64,000 bases of DNA from Promethearchaeota archaeon (GTDB lineage Archaea > Asgardarchaeota > Lokiarchaeia > Sigyniarchaeales > SOKP01). Made by a program: the position numbers and the translations under genes. Below, in pieces: positions 59,893 to 64,000 of this stretch. The stretch lies in contig JAEOSU010000072.1 of NCBI GenBank assembly GCA_016840165.1, positions 1 through 64,000 of the forward strand, read 5' to 3'. The notes beneath the pieces are model-generated. The model worked only from the letters and a program-made list of their open reading frames with translations. It was not told where the DNA came from and did not search any database. Position 1 is the first letter of the stretch. Every line of letters begins with the position of its first letter.

Positions 59893-60540
59893 ATGGGTTT
59901 AAAGAAGAAGTTGTTTCCCAGGAAAGGCAAGGAAAAAGATGAGCTTATCATTAAAGCTAAAAGCCATATTAGAAAAATTTCACTTGCCAATAAAACATAT
60001 AGCAAACGCTCGGAAATTGCCCGTAAAAACGCAAAAATCGCTCTTAAAAGAGGAGAAAAAGAACGCGCAAAAAATTATTTAATCCAATATAAACAATATC
60101 AACAGAAAGTGGATCGTGCCAATAATATTCGGGCAAAAATCGAACGACAAATAGAGGCCATTGAAGAAGGACAAATGATCTCTACAACCGGAGATTTAAT
60201 GGGTGGCATTCGAGATGAATTAGAATCTATTGCCATAAAAGCCGCACCCACTAAGATTGCTGAGATTGCTGAGGATTCTGAGGCATACGTTGCTGAAATA
60301 GAGGAGTCTGCTGACATTTTAGCTGGTGATCCTGAAATTGATCTTGCTATTGATGTTTCTGATGAACTCAATAAATTAGAAACGGAAATGCTATTAGAAC
60401 AAGGAGGCCAAATGCCAGATGTACCATTGGATGATCTTCAATATATCAGTGAATTAGATATAGAAGAAGAACCTGAGGTTAAAACAAAAGCTAAATTAGA
60501 AGACGAGATTGAGAAATTAAGAAAAGAACTAGAGAGCTAA
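59893..60540 (+). CDS. ESCRT-III / Snf7-family protein (Vps20/32/60-like)
   Basis: Basic helical N-terminus (AKIALKRGEKERAKNYL), acidic C-half, DVSDELNKLE, MPDVP. Confidence 0.82.
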   Translation: MGLKKKLFPRKGKEKDELIIKAKSHIRKISLANKTYSKRSEIARKNAKIALKRGEKERAKNYLIQYKQYQQKVDRANNIRAKIERQIEAIEEGQMISTTGDLMGGIRDELESIAIKAAPTKIAEIAEDSEAYVAEIEESADILAGDPEIDLAIDVSDELNKLETEMLLEQGGQMPDVPLDDLQYISELDIEEEPEVKTKAKLEDEIEKLRKELES

Positions 60541-60576
60541 TATTTGGAGATTTTTATTCTTTTGAATTCATATTTT

Positions 60577-62721
60577 TTATGAAAAATATCGTCTCCTATC
60601 CAATTCTCGATGAGACGATCTTATTGATTGAGTTTCTCTGATTTCTTTCTCTAAATTTTCAATTTTCTTATCTATAAGGTATAAATCCTTTTGTAAGTTT
60701 TTATAGGTTCGAAAGTAGTCAATTTCAGAGATAATTCCATCATTAAATTTCGTGTCCAGTGTATTTAGAGTTTGATCTATGCTATATCTTTCCTTTTCCA
60801 ATTCTAGCATTCTTTTCTTTTTCAATTTATCATTTTTGACACGATTTCTTCTTGTAGAGTTAGATAATGAGTAGTCAGAGTTAAAAAGATCAGAAAGATG
60901 ATTTTTTATGTATCCCTGATAACCTGGTTGGTTCTCATTTGTAATATTAGGATTTCTATCATAATGGGATTCATATAGAAGTTCATCAAGAGGATCCATA
61001 TTTATTTGACGATGATCCGGAGGTGAACCATTACCATATTTCTGCATTTGTTCTAATTTACGCATTAAAATATTTTTTTCCTCTACATCTGAAATTAGAT
61101 CATTGAACGGATTTGTGCCTCTTTGGGGCTGATAATTTTGAATTCTATGGGGATTATTAAAGTTCTGAAGAAAAAATTGATTTTCATTGTAATTAGGGGG
61201 TAGTAAAGTTCTAAGATCATCACTATAATATCTCAAATCTTGTGGAGTATGTATATATTGAGGGATTCCATTAGTTCTTACATAACTATTTTGATAAAGT
61301 GGTGGAAGAATGAAACTATTCTGGTTCGTGGGATAAGTTTGATATCTCTGATTTGGATTAAAAGGATTATTTATTATTTGAGAATAAGTGGAATTAGGAT
61401 AAGATTGCTGAATGGGGGCACTCATTCCTGCTGGAGGTATGTTCTGGAGATTAGAGTTATTAATACCATATCCCTGAGTACTTTCAATGGGTTGTTTCAA
61501 ATTACTATATTGACATCGTATACTAAAGAAGGAATTAATGGCTTCTTCAACAAAATTAATGACCTCGGAAGTATCAATTTCTATTTCATATAGTTTATTT
61601 GCCATATCCTCATCAAAAATGACCGTTTCGTCAAAATTTCTAGCAATTATAATATAATCTAGTACCTTATTGAGACTATTAGCAGGGAGTGTGAATTCAT
61701 ATCTTCCATAGGGGAATTCGATATATAATCTTTTAAACAGTTTGCCTTTTATGTTGAGTCTTGTGAGATCTTCCACTGGTGCTTTAAAGATATTCTTGCG
61801 TTTTTTCCTAAATTTACCATATAAGTGAATAAAGGAGAGGTCAAAATTTGTTACGAATAATATCCCTCTATTTTTTTTGTATTTATCTTGTGAATTTAAA
61901 CCGTTGGCTAATTTTGCATGGATGGCATACACAGGTTTTTCTTCTTCCGCTAAATTAAGATACTTTTTGTACATTTCAAAGTAATTTCTCACTTTCTCAA
62001 TGAAATGAAGATTGTTTTGTAAAGGAATCAATCCTTTGTTGATAGTTTCACTATTAGATTCTATAAATTCGGTGATAGAAACATAACTTCGATTTAGATT
62101 TTCAAAAATACCCTCTATTATTATTACATTTGAATTAGGTTGGTTATAAATATCGAAGAAATATTCTTTATTTAAAGAGAGATGATGAAATAAGACGTTG
62201 AGTTTCTCTAATAGGTTATCCTTTGCATAAATAAATAACTTTATGAGGGAATAAAGTTCAGATTCCATGCTCGGGTAATGATGACATCGAATAGGAGGAG
62301 CTCTCGCGTTTTCAATTTTTTGGCGAAAGACAATTAAAGAATTTGCTGCTTCTTTGAAAGGTTCGATGATTAACCGAGCATTTTTTATAAGTTTTAAAAA
62401 ATTCTTTTCTAATTCTTCTTTTTTTTCATAGATATTAATAATTTGATGAGAATGACACCTTGGACAGGATTTTAAGATTTGGTTCAGCCGTGAAACATTC
62501 TCACTTCCACATTCTTCACATATGAGTTTTTTCCCTTTGGAAGTATCAATTTTTTGAGAATTACATTCTTGGCATGTTAAGGTCTCAATTTTTTCTTCAT
62601 TTAAACAGTCAGAACAACAACTGGTACCACAGTCTTCACAATAATAAGCTAGTTTAATTGTCCTTTGACAAAAATGACATATCTGCATTTGGTGATCTGA
62701 CATTTTAAATTGAAAAAACAA
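60577..62721 (-). CDS. Zn-finger / coiled-coil / PH-like / low-complexity / steadiness-box-like protein
   Basis: Six CxxC pairs at the N-terminus, PH-like GILFVTNFDLSF segment, Q/N/P/Y-rich linker, C-terminal helical hairpin YSIDQTL...GIISEIDYFR. Confidence 0.7.
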   Translation of the reverse strand: MFFQFKMSDHQMQICHFCQRTIKLAYYCEDCGTSCCSDCLNEEKIETLTCQECNSQKIDTSKGKKLICEECGSENVSRLNQILKSCPRCHSHQIINIYEKKEELEKNFLKLIKNARLIIEPFKEAANSLIVFRQKIENARAPPIRCHHYPSMESELYSLIKLFIYAKDNLLEKLNVLFHHLSLNKEYFFDIYNQPNSNVIIIEGIFENLNRSYVSITEFIESNSETINKGLIPLQNNLHFIEKVRNYFEMYKKYLNLAEEEKPVYAIHAKLANGLNSQDKYKKNRGILFVTNFDLSFIHLYGKFRKKRKNIFKAPVEDLTRLNIKGKLFKRLYIEFPYGRYEFTLPANSLNKVLDYIIIARNFDETVIFDEDMANKLYEIEIDTSEVINFVEEAINSFFSIRCQYSNLKQPIESTQGYGINNSNLQNIPPAGMSAPIQQSYPNSTYSQIINNPFNPNQRYQTYPTNQNSFILPPLYQNSYVRTNGIPQYIHTPQDLRYYSDDLRTLLPPNYNENQFFLQNFNNPHRIQNYQPQRGTNPFNDLISDVEEKNILMRKLEQMQKYGNGSPPDHRQINMDPLDELLYESHYDRNPNITNENQPGYQGYIKNHLSDLFNSDYSLSNSTRRNRVKNDKLKKKRMLELEKERYSIDQTLNTLDTKFNDGIISEIDYFRTYKNLQKDLYLIDKKIENLEKEIRETQSIRSSHRELDRRRYFS

Positions 62722-62919
62722 CCTAATATAAATAATTTAACTCGCTTTATCATAGATTTAGAAGGGTTTTCAAAATATCAATAGGTATATTATTTGAGTA
62801 ATATCTCTGAAATGCTTAAAAAAAGGCAATAAGGGGAGAGTGTGATTAATATAAAAGATTAAAGAGCATAAAGAGATTTAATAGAAGAAATAGATTAATG
62901 TAAAGAGATTTAAGACCAA

Positions 62920-63213
62920 TTAATTAATGATTCTTACTTTTGTACCAAGTGCTTGCCCTGGGACTCCGGCTTTTTTAAAATGAGCTCGTACTGCGCCATT
63001 ATTTCCGTGAGACCGAGTAATAGTTCCCTTTAATTGCTTTCCTGTAGAACTCGTCCAAACTACTGTTCTTCCAATCAACTTATTCGCATCTTTTGCAGTT
63101 TTAATACTAGGAAAAACTAAAATACAATGTTTTGGATGAACTGTGTGGCGTCCACGTTTGTAATTTGAAATAACACCTTCCATACCTAGAATTTCAAGTT
63201 TATTGCTCGACAT
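62920..63213 (-). CDS. rpl35ae: Ribosomal protein eL33 (L35Ae)
   Basis: GVISNYKRG, GTITRSHGNNGAVRAHF, PGQALG. Confidence 0.95.
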   Translation of the reverse strand: MSSNKLEILGMEGVISNYKRGRHTVHPKHCILVFPSIKTAKDANKLIGRTVVWTSSTGKQLKGTITRSHGNNGAVRAHFKKAGVPGQALGTKVRIIN

Positions 63214-63344
63214 GTATATCATCGCTAAATTTAATAATATATGAAAATATATTCCAAAAAATAAAAATTTTCCTAATAAATCAACAATTACCCCTAATTC
63301 CTAAAAAGAAAGATTTTTGAACTCATACGTAATTTAATAAACGT

Positions 63345-64000
63345 ATGCAAGTTGCATTTAGTAAAATTTCCATTACACCGAAAGAGTATACCGGAAAGGC
63401 TTTAGCAGGTTATACGCGAAAGGAACCATGCTCAGGAAAATTAGATGACCTTTATGCTTATAGTACTTTAATTCAGTGTTCTCATTCTAATTCAGAAAAA
63501 CGTTTCTTAGTATTAATTGCAGTTGATCTTTTAAAAATTCCAATATCTATATCCAATTATATTAAGGAAAAAATTATTGAAATGCACGCTTTTTTAAAAA
63601 AAGAACAGATTTTGATACATGCCACCCATACTCATGCAGGATTTGATTTAACAGGAGAATTTTTTTGGCCAGGTGGTTTTTTAAGTGTGTTAAGGGGAAT
63701 TATGTTTGGTGCTAATCGAAATGATAAGTATATCGTATGGTTTAGCAATAAAATTGCTATGATGGTTAATGAATTATTTAAACACTTAATTCCATGTAAA
63801 GTCTCATGGACTAAGAAGCTATTTAATCCAAACATGGTTTTTAATAGAAGGCATCCTTCTGAGCAAGTGAATCCTTATTTAAGCGTTATCGCTTTTAAGA
63901 GCTTAGAATCAGATTCTCTTATTGGTATTATTATAAATTATTCCTGCCATCCAACTACTTTATCCTTTCAAAATAGCAAATTATCAGCAGATTTTATAGG
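63345..64000 (+). CDS. Neutral/alkaline ceramidase N-terminal-domain family hydrolase (3' truncated)
   Basis: Own translation: MQVAFSKISITP...LAGY...DDLYA...VDLL...HATHTHAG...NRR...NYSCHPT. Runs off the window, so not in the ORF track. Confidence 0.82.
   Translation, partial: MQVAFSKISITPKEYTGKALAGYTRKEPCSGKLDDLYAYSTLIQCSHSNSEKRFLVLIAVDLLKIPISISNYIKEKIIEMHAFLKKEQILIHATHTHAGFDLTGEFFWPGGFLSVLRGIMFGANRNDKYIVWFSNKIAMMVNELFKHLIPCKVSWTKKLFNPNMVFNRRHPSEQVNPYLSVIAFKSLESDSLIGIIINYSCHPTTLSFQNSKLSADFI

Noticed and set aside
62852-62913. Direct repeat TAAAGAGATTTAA twice (62869, 62901) as a mini-CRISPR
   Set aside because: Only two 13-bp low-complexity copies and no cas genes; more simply a pyrimidine-rich 3' region of rpl35ae.
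1521-63835. Short ORF-track entries overlapping long genes (e.g. 1521, 13248, 17245, 23925, 37130, 52182, 60099, 61240, 63632)
   Set aside because: Antisense or off-frame shadows of well-supported genes, with no recognisable motifs.
1-64000. tRNA, rRNA, SRP RNA, CRISPR arrays, IS elements
   Set aside because: No GC-rich structured spacer, regular repeat-spacer array or transposase motif was seen.

Overview
AT-rich, gene-dense chromosomal segment of an Asgard archaeon, most likely Lokiarchaeia/Promethearchaeota. The call rests on archaeal information-processing genes (split RpoA'/A'', NusA, eL30/uS12/uS7, EF-1alpha, aIF2alpha, Nop10, GINS, PriS/PriL, PCNA, RFC, Csl4, Pus10, histone) occurring with eukaryotic-signature genes (three small GTPases, a roadblock protein, an ESCRT-III/Snf7 gene, STT3-like AglB). 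I saw no rRNA, tRNA, CRISPR array or transposase. The best leads are: (1) a 714-aa Zn-finger/PH-like/PPxY/steadiness-box-like protein tail-to-tail with an ESCRT-III gene, a candidate new ESCRT-0/I-like adaptor module; (2) an SDR oxidoreductase fused to QueC, divergent from queD; (3) an HTH-ATP-cone-degenerate class III ribonucleotide reductase that looks like a nucleotide-sensing regulator; (4) three genes with no usable ATG/GTG/TTG start, one missed entirely by the ORF track and one preceded by in-frame ATG-GGT-TGA; (5) AglB with five tandem Ig-like repeats. All family calls come from motif recognition by eye, not database searches.
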